Source of the DNA: Chloroflexota bacterium
GTDB lineage: Bacteria > Chloroflexota > Anaerolineae > UBA1429
Length of the DNA stretch: 30,370 nucleotides
Reading direction: 5' to 3'
NCBI GenBank assembly: GCA_014360745.1
Contig: JACIWY010000001.1
Span: 1 to 30,370 of the forward strand
Of this stretch, positions 1-8,113 are shown piece after piece. A program made the position numbers and the translations under genes. The notes below the pieces were generated by a model. It saw nothing but the letters and a program-made list of their open reading frames with translations. It was not told the DNA's origin and ran no database searches. Each line of letters begins with the position of its first letter. Within the stretch, counting starts at the first letter, position 1.

Positions 1-742
1 CCCATCCCGGCTCGATGACCAGATCGGGGGTGCGCACGGTATGCTCGGCCAACACCGGCTCGATCTGTTCTTCGGTCTCGGATAGCTCCCAGCCAAAGGC
101 GGCGGCGATCATGTGCATCGACTCGGTCAGGCCCACATGGCGCAGCGACCCTTCGCGGATCTTGGCATCGAACTCGGCTGGCGAAAGGCCGGCGCCGATC
201 TTTTTCTGAAAGGGGAGCCGACGATATTGGGCATCTTGCACCCGCTCGACGAGGACGGTCTCCACGCGCTGGCATACGCCGCTCAACGCCACCGGCAACA
301 AATCCATGAGAAAGCCGGGGTTGACGCCAGTGCCCAGCACGGCGACGCCGGCTTCGCGGGCGGCTATGTCGATGCGACGGGCCAGAGCAGGCTGACGCTT
401 CCAGGGGTAGGCCAGCTCCTCACACGTGGAGACGACACGCAATCCATGAGCGATCAGCGGCGCCAACTGTGGCTCCAGGCGCGCCAGGCTGGAGGTCGTG
501 GTGACCACCGCCACATCCGCAGAGCCACCCGCCAGCGCCTCTTCCACGCTTCCCACAACGACCACGCCGGACACAAGGCCCTCGGCGGCGAGGTCGGCCA
601 ACTCGTCCAGCCGCTTGCCCCTAAGGGCAGGGTCGCTATCCACGGCACCAACGATCTCCAAACCGCCCCGCTCCAACAGGTAACGTGTCACCCGCCGGCC
701 GATTGGCCCCAAACCCATTTGCAACACTCGGATGGTGTCCAA
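1..742 (-). CDS. NAD(P)-dependent dehydrogenase, 2,4-diaminopentanoate dehydrogenase (Ord) / DapB-like / native amine dehydrogenase family; 3' end outside window
   Basis: Manual translation from TTG at 742, preceded by a GGGAGG RBS: MDTIRVLQMGLGPIG (Rossmann GxGxxG), VVSTCEELAYPW, LGTGVNPGFLMD, RRLPFQKKIGAG, HVGLTESMHMIA. Open for 247 codons to the window edge, so absent from the ORF track. Confidence 0.8.
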   Translation of the reverse strand, partial: MDTIRVLQMGLGPIGRRVTRYLLERGGLEIVGAVDSDPALRGKRLDELADLAAEGLVSGVVVVGSVEEALAGGSADVAVVTTTSSLARLEPQLAPLIAHGLRVVSTCEELAYPWKRQPALARRIDIAAREAGVAVLGTGVNPGFLMDLLPVALSGVCQRVETVLVERVQDAQYRRLPFQKKIGAGLSPAEFDAKIREGSLRHVGLTESMHMIAAAFGWELSETEEQIEPVLAEHTVRTPDLVIEPGW

Positions 743-816
743 TTCCCTATCCCTCCCAACTTCTGCGTTGCGCTTTTCATCAATTGTAGCAGCGATATCG
801 CGCCGGGGAAAGCCTT

Positions 817-1650
817 ATGCAACTGATCATTAACGCGGACGACTTTGGCCGCTCTCATCACATCAACGAAGCCGTGATCCTGGCCCATCGCGAGGGCCTA
901 GTCACAAGTGCCAGCCTCATGGTGACCGGCGAGGCCGTCGAGGAAGCCGTGGCTCTGGCCGGCGAGCATCCGCGCCTGGCCGTCGGCCTGCACCTGGTCG
1001 TCGTGGCCGGGCAGGCCGCGCTGCCGCCGCCAGAGATCCCCCACCTAGTGGATGAGCGCGGGCGCTTTACGGACGCCCCCTTAACTGCAGGGCTACGCTA
1101 TGCCTTCAGCCGACCGGCGCGGGTGGAGCTGGGGCGCGAGATAGCAGCCCAATTCGAACGTTTTGCGAGCACCGGTCTGCCCCTTTCCCATGTCGATGGG
1201 CATCTGCACATGCATCTGCACCCGGCACTGTGGGAGCCCGTGTTCACATTGGCTGCCCGATACGGCGCCAAAGGCATCCGCATTCCTCACGACGAACTCT
1301 GCCTCAGCCTGCGTCACGACCGACGACACCTGGGGCTCAAGGTGGGCTGGACGTTGGCCTTTGCCCTACTGAACGGCCCGGCCCGCCGCCAGGCCCATCG
1401 GATGGGCCTGCGTACGGTGGAACGCGTCTACGGCTTGTTGCAGTCGGGGCACATGGACGAGAGCTATCTGTTGGATGTCGTGCAGCGGTTGCAAACGACC
1501 ACGGCAGAGGTATACTTGCATCCGAACATGGTGCGGGAACATGATTTAGGCCCCAATCCCGACGATTTACGAGCGGCTTTGAGCACGCGTGTTCGCGCAG
1601 CATTGTCGGCTCGCGGTATCCAGCTTACCACCTATGCCAATCTGGCCTAA
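817..1650 (+). CDS. hpnK: ChbG/HpnK (YdjC) family carbohydrate deacetylase
   Basis: LIINADDFG, ASLMV, AVGLHL, HVDGHLHMH, EVYLHP motifs; 277 aa. Confidence 0.85.
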   Translation: MQLIINADDFGRSHHINEAVILAHREGLVTSASLMVTGEAVEEAVALAGEHPRLAVGLHLVVVAGQAALPPPEIPHLVDERGRFTDAPLTAGLRYAFSRPARVELGREIAAQFERFASTGLPLSHVDGHLHMHLHPALWEPVFTLAARYGAKGIRIPHDELCLSLRHDRRHLGLKVGWTLAFALLNGPARRQAHRMGLRTVERVYGLLQSGHMDESYLLDVVQRLQTTTAEVYLHPNMVREHDLGPNPDDLRAALSTRVRAALSARGIQLTTYANLA

Positions 1651-1672
1651 AACGCGGAGACTCTGAAAACCC

Positions 1673-2839
1673 ATGCTGGCCAAATTGATCCTGCTAATGG
1701 TCGTTCTGAGCTGGCTCTACTGGGCCATCGCCTGCCTGGCCACGCGGAGCCAATTGACGCAGAAACCCGTTTTCACCCTCTTTACGCCGCCCGTTTCCAT
1801 CCTCAAACCGCTTCGGGGGACCGATTTTGAGCTTTTAGAAAACCTGCGCAGCTTTTGTCGCCAAGATTACCCCGAATTCGAGATCGTTTTCGGCGTCGCC
1901 GACCCGACAGATCCGGCGCTCGAGGCGGTCGAACAGGCGCGCCAGGAGTTCCCCCACCTGAGCTTGCGGGTGATCGTCGGGAGCGACATCGGTGCCAACC
2001 CCAAGGCCAGTTTGCTGCACCACATCAGCTATGCCGCCAACCACGACGTGCTTGTCATCAGCGACAGCGACATGCGCGTCGGGCCGGACTATTTAAAGCA
2101 CATAGTCGCTCCCCTGGCCGATAAACAGGTCGGCTTGGTGACCTGCCCCTACATCGGCTTGAAACCTCTGACCCTAACCGCACGCTTGGAGGCATTGTAT
2201 ATCGGCGTTCATTTTATCCCCTCCGCCATCGTCGCCCGGCGATGCCTGGGCATGCCTTTTGCCATGGGATCGACGGTAGCTATGCGCCGGGACGACCTGT
2301 TTCGCTTGGGCGGCTTTGCCGCCCTGGCCGATTACCTGGCCGATGACTATGAAATAGGGGCCCGCACCGCCGCGCTGGGCTTACAGGTCCATCTGTCCGA
2401 TTACGTGGTGCCCAGCGTGCTGGGAACCACCACCTTCCGACAACAATGGGAGCGCGAGGTGCGCTGGGCGCGCTGCTCAAAAGCGAGCCGCCCCCTGGGC
2501 TACTTGGGCTACCTGCTCACCTTTAGCACCCCCTTGGCGACGCTCCTGGCGATCGGGGGGGATGGGAACACCTGGCCCTTGCTATGGCCGCTGGTCATCT
2601 CTCTGCTGGTGCGCTGGTTCGTCGGTTGGCTGGTCACCGGCTATGAGGGTCAGCCTTCCTTGCGCCGCTGGCTCGTGCTCCTTCCACTGCGCGATATGTT
2701 GACCGCTCTGGTGTGGTGTGCGGGGGCCGTTGGCTCTCATGTGTCTTGGCGTGGCCGAAAGTATCGCGTGCATCGCGACGGGCGGATGGAGTTCGTGCGT
2801 CTGACCGACAGTGCGGCGGCTCATAAGGAAGCGCTGTGA
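1673..2839 (+). CDS. hpnI: HpnI / ceramide glucosyltransferase-like GT2 (GT21-like) membrane glycosyltransferase
   Basis: N-terminal TM, PPVSILKPLRG, LENLRSFCRQDYP, GANPK, ISDSD, LADDY, REVRW, C-terminal TMs and WRGRKY. Confidence 0.8.
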   Translation: MLAKLILLMVVLSWLYWAIACLATRSQLTQKPVFTLFTPPVSILKPLRGTDFELLENLRSFCRQDYPEFEIVFGVADPTDPALEAVEQARQEFPHLSLRVIVGSDIGANPKASLLHHISYAANHDVLVISDSDMRVGPDYLKHIVAPLADKQVGLVTCPYIGLKPLTLTARLEALYIGVHFIPSAIVARRCLGMPFAMGSTVAMRRDDLFRLGGFAALADYLADDYEIGARTAALGLQVHLSDYVVPSVLGTTTFRQQWEREVRWARCSKASRPLGYLGYLLTFSTPLATLLAIGGDGNTWPLLWPLVISLLVRWFVGWLVTGYEGQPSLRRWLVLLPLRDMLTALVWCAGAVGSHVSWRGRKYRVHRDGRMEFVRLTDSAAAHKEAL

Positions 2840-3477
2840 ACCTCCTGCGCTGGCTTGTCCGCAAGCTGGACGCGGCCTTGCGCCGGGGGCTGGGCATCCG
2901 CGAGTTCAGCGACGCGAGCGATTGCCTACTTCGCCTGGGGCTTGGCTCAAGCCCACGAGAGGTGACTCTATCCGACGGAACCCACATCCGACCCGGCGAG
3001 CCCATCGGGGAGATCCACTTTTGGAACGAGCACATGCCGCCCATCCCTGAAGGGGGTGCAGACCTGGCTTGGGCACGGCGTTTCAGCCGATACCTGACCG
3101 CCTCTTTCCGTGAGCTGGCGCGCTACATCGAAAAGGCGCCCCGTTACCGCCAGGTGCGGGCTTTTCGCGGGGTAGATTCCTTCGGCAGTTGGTATGGGCT
3201 GGAGCAGATGGCCCGCATCTATGCACGCTGGGGATTCGATATGTTTCCCCAGCCAAGGCCGACCGGCCTTTGGGGCCGGCTGGCCCGCTTCTGGGAACAT
3301 GCCTACGCGACGGCGCTCATCTGGGCGTACGATCCCCACGCCCTGAAAGATGGGCGGCTTAAGGACTGGCGCCGGGACGAGATCTGGATCTCACGGCGAA
3401 CGCTGCTCGATAAATATGCGCCGGAGGGTGAACGGCTGCCGCCTCAGCTTGAGGAGCGTTCCAGGGCGCTCAGGTAG
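2836..3477 (+). CDS. YkoP-like (GNAT-fold) protein
   Basis: GTGA overlap with the upstream stop. LSDGTHIRPGEPIGEIHFWNEH and YLTASFRELARYIE...VRAFRG resemble the YkoP family (from recollection, not searched). Confidence 0.6.
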   Translation: MNLLRWLVRKLDAALRRGLGIREFSDASDCLLRLGLGSSPREVTLSDGTHIRPGEPIGEIHFWNEHMPPIPEGGADLAWARRFSRYLTASFRELARYIEKAPRYRQVRAFRGVDSFGSWYGLEQMARIYARWGFDMFPQPRPTGLWGRLARFWEHAYATALIWAYDPHALKDGRLKDWRRDEIWISRRTLLDKYAPEGERLPPQLEERSRALR

Positions 3478-4580
3478 ACCTCGTTCAACGGCAATTCCGC
3501 CTTCTCCAGCACCGAAGTCACGGCTATCAAATTCTCGTTAGAGACCAGGTTCTCGGTAGACATGGCGACAGCCACACGGTCGCCCGGCGCCATATCGCGG
3601 AGCAATTCCAAGGTATAGCGGCGCGTCTCTTCAGGACCCAAAGCATAGACGGCGCCCGGAAAGCCGATCCACACCGCCTTGTCAGGCCAGGCGCGCAGCG
3701 CCTCCGACACGGCCAAATCGCCCATGGGCGGGGGATGAAAGGCCTCCACGACGTCGATCTCGGTGCGGGCGATGAGCTCCTTGAGCACCCTCAGCCGGCC
3801 GTCCATGTGCACGGCCATGAGCTTGCCTTGGGCATGGATACACTCGGCCTGCTCGGCGTAAACCGGCATAAAATAGCGCTCAAAGAGACGCGGATTCACC
3901 AAAAACCCATCCAGGTTATCGCCGCAGAGCACAATCTCCACCGGCGCTTGGGCGGCGATCTCGAGGGCGCGGCGACGACTCTCGCATAGCGCCCGATAGA
4001 GCCCCTCGACCAGGTTGGGGTAATCGGCCAGATGGTAGAAAAAGCGGCCGCCCTCGCTGCCGACCCAGTCGATCATCAGCGTCTGCATCGGGGAGTGGGG
4101 CAATTGGGTGAGCACCAGGCCATCTTCGCCGAGCCAATCGGTGGCCTGCTCGATGGGAAAATAGTCGGCCATGTATTCGGTGTGTTCCACCATATACTGG
4201 ACGATGGGATAATCTTCAGGCCCTTTGATGAGCCGTTGCGTCGTCCAAGGGGAGACGTCGCGCCAGCTGCGCTGGGCGTGCCATTGGCCGGTGCCGGGCT
4301 CGCGGCGCTCCTCGGTGAACACGCTGCCCAGCGGCGTGTGATAGGTCCGGCGCACGACGCTACCCTGGGCCGAGCGCAGCGGCTGTTCGACGATCTCTAC
4401 CCCTTCCATGCGCTCGGTGTAGCTGGGGCGCACCCAGCACATGCTCATGCCCCGGTTGCGACATTCGCGCTCGGCCCAGCCGACCTGGCTATGCCGCCAA
4501 TAATGAAAGAAGGGCAGGCGGTCGGCACGCTGTCGCCGAGCGGCGGCTAAAATGCGCTGGCGACGGGTCATCTCCGGCAT
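3444..4580 (-). CDS. Uroporphyrinogen decarboxylase / MtaA-CmuA fold protein of unknown function
   Basis: ATG 4580 with GGGAGGGG RBS. MTRRQRILAA..ADRLP, GDNLDG, FERYFMPVY, AVHMDGRL, EAFHPPPMGD. Converges on and overlaps the ykoP-like gene by 34 bp. Confidence 0.75.
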   Translation of the reverse strand: MPEMTRRQRILAAARRQRADRLPFFHYWRHSQVGWAERECRNRGMSMCWVRPSYTERMEGVEIVEQPLRSAQGSVVRRTYHTPLGSVFTEERREPGTGQWHAQRSWRDVSPWTTQRLIKGPEDYPIVQYMVEHTEYMADYFPIEQATDWLGEDGLVLTQLPHSPMQTLMIDWVGSEGGRFFYHLADYPNLVEGLYRALCESRRRALEIAAQAPVEIVLCGDNLDGFLVNPRLFERYFMPVYAEQAECIHAQGKLMAVHMDGRLRVLKELIARTEIDVVEAFHPPPMGDLAVSEALRAWPDKAVWIGFPGAVYALGPEETRRYTLELLRDMAPGDRVAVAMSTENLVSNENLIAVTSVLEKAELPLNEVYLSALERSSS

Positions 4581-4614
4581 GGTCCCCTCCCAATAATATG
4601 AATATATGCCCATC

Positions 4615-4689
4615 GGAGCGCGGGCGTCCTCGCCCGCCTCGGGTCGCTTCTACCCCGGCAAGGGTAGCGAACCAGGAGGCTCGCGCTCC
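4615..4689. repeat. GGAG-tagged REP-like palindrome with inverted degenerate partner (REP doublet)
   Basis: GGAGCGCGGGCGTCCTCGCCCGC (4615-4637) ... GGAGGCTCGCGCTCC (4675-4689). Outer stem GGAGCGCG/CGCGCTCC, inner CTACCC/GGGTAG. Related copies at 16548-16597. Confidence 0.65.
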
Positions 4690-4694
4690 AGACC

Positions 4695-5516
4695 TTATCC
4701 TTGCGCGACCCGGCGCAAAAAGCGCTTCACGGGCTCCATCGCGGCATCGAACTGCTCGCGATGGATGCAGTGCCCCGCGCCCTCGACGTATACGATCTCG
4801 CTTGTCGGCATCAACCGCTTGATCTCTTGGGCCACCGCTGGCGTCACGATGGCGCCGAGGGCCGGGTCGGCCGTGAGCCACAACGTCGGGCAGCGGATGG
4901 CCTTTACCGCTTGGCGCCAATCGGGCCTGGGCGCGCCATATAGCGCGGTGACGTGAGGGCTGACCTGTTTCTTGGCCTGCACCCAAGGTCCCAACTCGGC
5001 CTCCGGCCAGGTGGGGGAGCGCTGACGCACATAGGCCAGCAATTCCTCTTCGCTCATCGCCTTGCGGGCGGTGATCTCTTGGCGCTGCGTCTCGGCCCTC
5101 GCACGGAGCGCTTCGGGGGGTATAGCTTGGTCGGAACAGGGCGGATCCTCCAGGACGATCCCCCGCGTCTTGGCGGGATAGCGGGCCGCAAGAAGCATCG
5201 CCGTCGCCGCCCCCAGCGAATGGCCCATGACCAAGGGCCGATCGAGCCCTAGTGCGTCGATCAAGCCGGCGAGATCCTCGGCCAACACCTCCCAGGTATA
5301 GCCGGTCTCCGGCTTTTCCGAGAGGCCATGGCCGCGCGCGTCGTACATGATGACGTCATACTCGCCCTCCAGCACCTTGGCGACCGGCGTCCAGCAGAGG
5401 CCGTTGTCGGTGATACCGTGAGCCAACACTAGAGGCAGCTTGTCCCCATGGCCGGTGCGGTAATAATGGAGGCGAATCCCGTTCGCGATCACATCGCCGG
5501 AAGCCCATTCTGTCAT
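4695..5516 (-). CDS. Alpha/beta hydrolase (esterase/lipase/peptidase-like)
   Basis: AHGITD, YDARGHGLS, GHSLG nucleophile elbow, LEDP, GAGHCIH; AGGAG RBS. Confidence 0.9.
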   Translation of the reverse strand: MTEWASGDVIANGIRLHYYRTGHGDKLPLVLAHGITDNGLCWTPVAKVLEGEYDVIMYDARGHGLSEKPETGYTWEVLAEDLAGLIDALGLDRPLVMGHSLGAATAMLLAARYPAKTRGIVLEDPPCSDQAIPPEALRARAETQRQEITARKAMSEEELLAYVRQRSPTWPEAELGPWVQAKKQVSPHVTALYGAPRPDWRQAVKAIRCPTLWLTADPALGAIVTPAVAQEIKRLMPTSEIVYVEGAGHCIHREQFDAAMEPVKRFLRRVAQG

Positions 5517-7536
5517 GATACTCTTTCTCCTTGTTGTATTTTCTTAAAGTGCTGGGCACTTGGCCCTTCTGCAAGCCGTGCCCGGCACCAGGCCCCTCCC
5601 CCGGCCCGAAGGTAGCCAGGATAAACTCGTCGCCTGCAACGCGCGACCCATCGCGAAGGACGACGGCATAGCGCAGGCCATCGTCCCGATTATAGAGGCC
5701 CACGGTCAAAAGATACGAACCAGCCGGCAGGCCGGCCAGGTCCAGCGCCCTGATATCCAAAAGGGACACGCCCGACGGCCAGAATACCAAGGGCAAGGCG
5801 CCCCCCAAAGGATCCCCATCATACGTGCGCAGCAATTGCCCTTGTGCAGAGAGGAGATGGACAAAGACGGTATCTCCATGACGCATCGGCCCGATGGGCC
5901 GCCACACGAGGGATAGGGTCGCGGACGCGGGCGCATCCCTCGCCAGGCACCACGATTCTAGCTCAAGTACCTCGCCAAAGACAACCGGCGCCGCCGAGAG
6001 GCCTCCCACCTCCTTGAGGGCTCCCCCGACATGGGCGAGACGGAGCACTCCATCGGGGAGGTAGCGGCTCAGGTAGACGGCATCGTTGAGTCGCGCCGCA
6101 TCGGCGAACTCCTCCGGGCCGACGGGCACGCCGCGCATATCCACCCGATAGGGCCAGGCCTCGCGCTCGGCTGCGCCGATATGCGGCAGGCTAAGGCACA
6201 TGGTCTCGGCGGCCTGCCCTGTGCTGGCCTGCGCGTAATCCGACAGGCGTTGTACCACCGGAGCCAAGGGCAGACCCCAAAAGCCCAAGGGATACAAACG
6301 AGTTTGTAGCCGGAGCCGATCCGGGAAATTGATGAACAAGAGGCGCTCGCCGGGGCGGGCGCTCATTTCGCGGACGGCCTCGGCCAGATGAGCGGTGCTC
6401 CTGTGGTAAAGGGCCTCCATAGCCCTCCATTGTTGAGCGGATAGCACCAGCAGAGCGGCCAGGGTGATCACAGACAAAGCCCGCCCGGCGGGATGGCCTG
6501 TCCGAGTGGCCACAGCCTCTAGCGCGCCGGCCCACAGCGCTGCCATACCCACGAGGGCGGGATAGGCCAATCGCGGAGCGGTGCCGATATAGCCCCAACG
6601 AAGCGTCGCCCAGGGGGGCAACAAGCCGGCCACGATCCATAACGAAGCCCAAACCGCCGCACGGCCCTGCCCCGCGCGCCGCAACACCCAGGCCAAAAGA
6701 AGCCAAACGCCGGCATAGATACCCGCTTGGGCCACGGGACCAGGGGCCACCTGCGCCACGGCCAGCGCACAGGCCACGGGATAGGCCAGGCTCTGAAGCA
6801 GATAGGCCAGGGTGACGATCCGCAGGCCGGTGCCGGTAATCTCCTCGAGGCGCGGCGTCAACGAGCGGAGCACCAGATACACCCCCGCGAAAAGAGCATG
6901 AAACAGGGGAAAGGCCGCCGTACGAAGGGAGCGCGCCTTTTCCCCTTCCGTAACGCCGACCCAGAGGATCGGGAGGATAAAGCCTAACGCGCCCTCTTGA
7001 AAAAGAAGCGCCGCCCCATATGCAGCAACAGAGGCCATCAGCCATACACGACGCCGCCGCGCGGCAAACCGCGCCGCGGCCAGCACGGATAGCATCGCCA
7101 ATGCGGTAATGGCCGGCTGCTGAGGCACTTCCCAGGCGACCGCCTGATAGGCAAAGGGATGCACGGCAAAAAGCAACGCACCGATAAACGCCGGCCGCTC
7201 CCCCAGCCCGAACCGTTTTAACACCGGCACGGCCAACAACACCGCCAGGGTGTGGGTTAGAACCTGGATGCAGTGGGCCGCCTCGGCATAGATCGCCCCG
7301 TTGGCGTCGCGCAGCGCACGCCCTAGCAAAAGCGCGAGCGGACGGTAGAAGGGAAAGGCTTCGAGAGGCAGGAACAAGCGCCAAAGGGGTTGGTCGGCCC
7401 CACGCTGATACCACGACGGATCATCCCAGATCAAGCCAAAGCGTAAAGAAGAAGCGTACCAAAGCCATACCACGGCGACAAGCAGGATGGGCATCGCCCA
7501 ACGCAGGATGGTCGCTGAATTTCGCCCTGTTCGCAT
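5356..7536 (-). CDS. GT-C fold (PMT/ArnT-like) polytopic membrane glycosyltransferase with C-terminal beta-domain
   Basis: WDD in first loop, FYRPL, LLFAVHP, many TM helices, then VFVHLLSAQG..DGDP..W..G..D..L..LPAGSYLLTVGLY domain. Start at 7536 or 7590. The C-terminal tail overlaps the hydrolase by 161 nt. Confidence 0.7.
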   Translation of the reverse strand: MRTGRNSATILRWAMPILLVAVVWLWYASSLRFGLIWDDPSWYQRGADQPLWRLFLPLEAFPFYRPLALLLGRALRDANGAIYAEAAHCIQVLTHTLAVLLAVPVLKRFGLGERPAFIGALLFAVHPFAYQAVAWEVPQQPAITALAMLSVLAAARFAARRRRVWLMASVAAYGAALLFQEGALGFILPILWVGVTEGEKARSLRTAAFPLFHALFAGVYLVLRSLTPRLEEITGTGLRIVTLAYLLQSLAYPVACALAVAQVAPGPVAQAGIYAGVWLLLAWVLRRAGQGRAAVWASLWIVAGLLPPWATLRWGYIGTAPRLAYPALVGMAALWAGALEAVATRTGHPAGRALSVITLAALLVLSAQQWRAMEALYHRSTAHLAEAVREMSARPGERLLFINFPDRLRLQTRLYPLGFWGLPLAPVVQRLSDYAQASTGQAAETMCLSLPHIGAAEREAWPYRVDMRGVPVGPEEFADAARLNDAVYLSRYLPDGVLRLAHVGGALKEVGGLSAAPVVFGEVLELESWCLARDAPASATLSLVWRPIGPMRHGDTVFVHLLSAQGQLLRTYDGDPLGGALPLVFWPSGVSLLDIRALDLAGLPAGSYLLTVGLYNRDDGLRYAVVLRDGSRVAGDEFILATFGPGEGPGAGHGLQKGQVPSTLRKYNKEKEYHDRMGFRRCDRERDSPPLLPHRPWGQAASSVGSRYHRQRPLLDAGRQGAGGRV
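5547..5561. promoter_or_regulatory. Palindrome AAGTGC-N3-GCACTT, possible operator upstream of the hydrolase
   Basis: Perfect 6-bp arms about 30 nt upstream of the ATG at 5516; near-identical copy at 16773-16787. Confidence 0.3.
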
Positions 7537-7562
7537 GGCTTTTATCCGTACGAGATCGCAAG

Positions 7563-7591
7563 TTGCCCATCTAAGGAGAGATACGTACAAT
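7563..7591 (+). promoter_or_regulatory. Sigma70-type promoter for hisI-hisG
   Basis: TTGCCC-N17-TACAAT. Confidence 0.6.
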
Positions 7592-7658
7592 GATACAGCT
7601 TACTCAATATGGTCGATAGAGGCAATAGCGGGGAAAACGTTCGGGGAGGGTCTGTCGA

Positions 7659-8081
7659 ATGGGAGAGAACCGCGCCAAAGAGCTGGAAGAAGGCCTCGAA
7701 TTGTGTTTGGATTTCCACAAACTAACCAAGGTGGCCCAGACGGGGCAGCCGGTCTTGCCAGTGGTCGTCCAAGACGCGGACAGTGGCGAAGTGTTGATCC
7801 TGGCCTATGCCAACGAGCAGGCCCTCCGACACGCTTTGCGCGAAGGGGTGGCCACTTTTTGGAGCACCTCCCGCAACGAGCTATGGGTCAAGGGCGCCAC
7901 TTCGGGCGACACGCTGACGTTGGTCGAAGTGCGCGTCAACTGCGAACAAAACTCGCTTCTCTACCTGGTTCGCCCAACCGGCGAGGGCGCCTGCCACACC
8001 AAGGGCCCCGACGGGCGCTCGCGACGCAGTTGTTATTACCGGCGCATCGTCGGCGAGCAGTTGGAATTTGTCCAAGAATGA
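7659..8081 (+). CDS. hisI: Phosphoribosyl-AMP cyclohydrolase (monofunctional, no HisE domain)
   Basis: LPVVVQDADSGEVL, FWSTSRNELWVKGATSG, GACH...SCYY. The canonical DCDxD is replaced by NCEQN. Confidence 0.88.
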   Translation: MGENRAKELEEGLELCLDFHKLTKVAQTGQPVLPVVVQDADSGEVLILAYANEQALRHALREGVATFWSTSRNELWVKGATSGDTLTLVEVRVNCEQNSLLYLVRPTGEGACHTKGPDGRSRRSCYYRRIVGEQLEFVQE

Positions 8082-8113
8082 TGCCATTCTCACTCTGAGC
8101 GAAAGGATAACGT

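Noticed and set aside
113-826. 237-aa plus-strand ORF
   Set aside because: Antisense shadow of the real minus-strand dehydrogenase; no motifs.
817-2839. Calling this a hopanoid biosynthesis cluster
   Set aside because: No shc, hpnG/H or hpnJ in the window; only the tailoring-type genes are present.
6191-7414. 407-aa alternative-frame ORF
   Set aside because: Lies inside the GT-C gene; Arg/Gly/Ala-rich GC artefact.
7592-7658. His attenuator, T-box or riboswitch before hisI or hisD
   Set aside because: No poly-His leader peptide or T-box AGGGTGGNACCGCG-like sequence in either leader.
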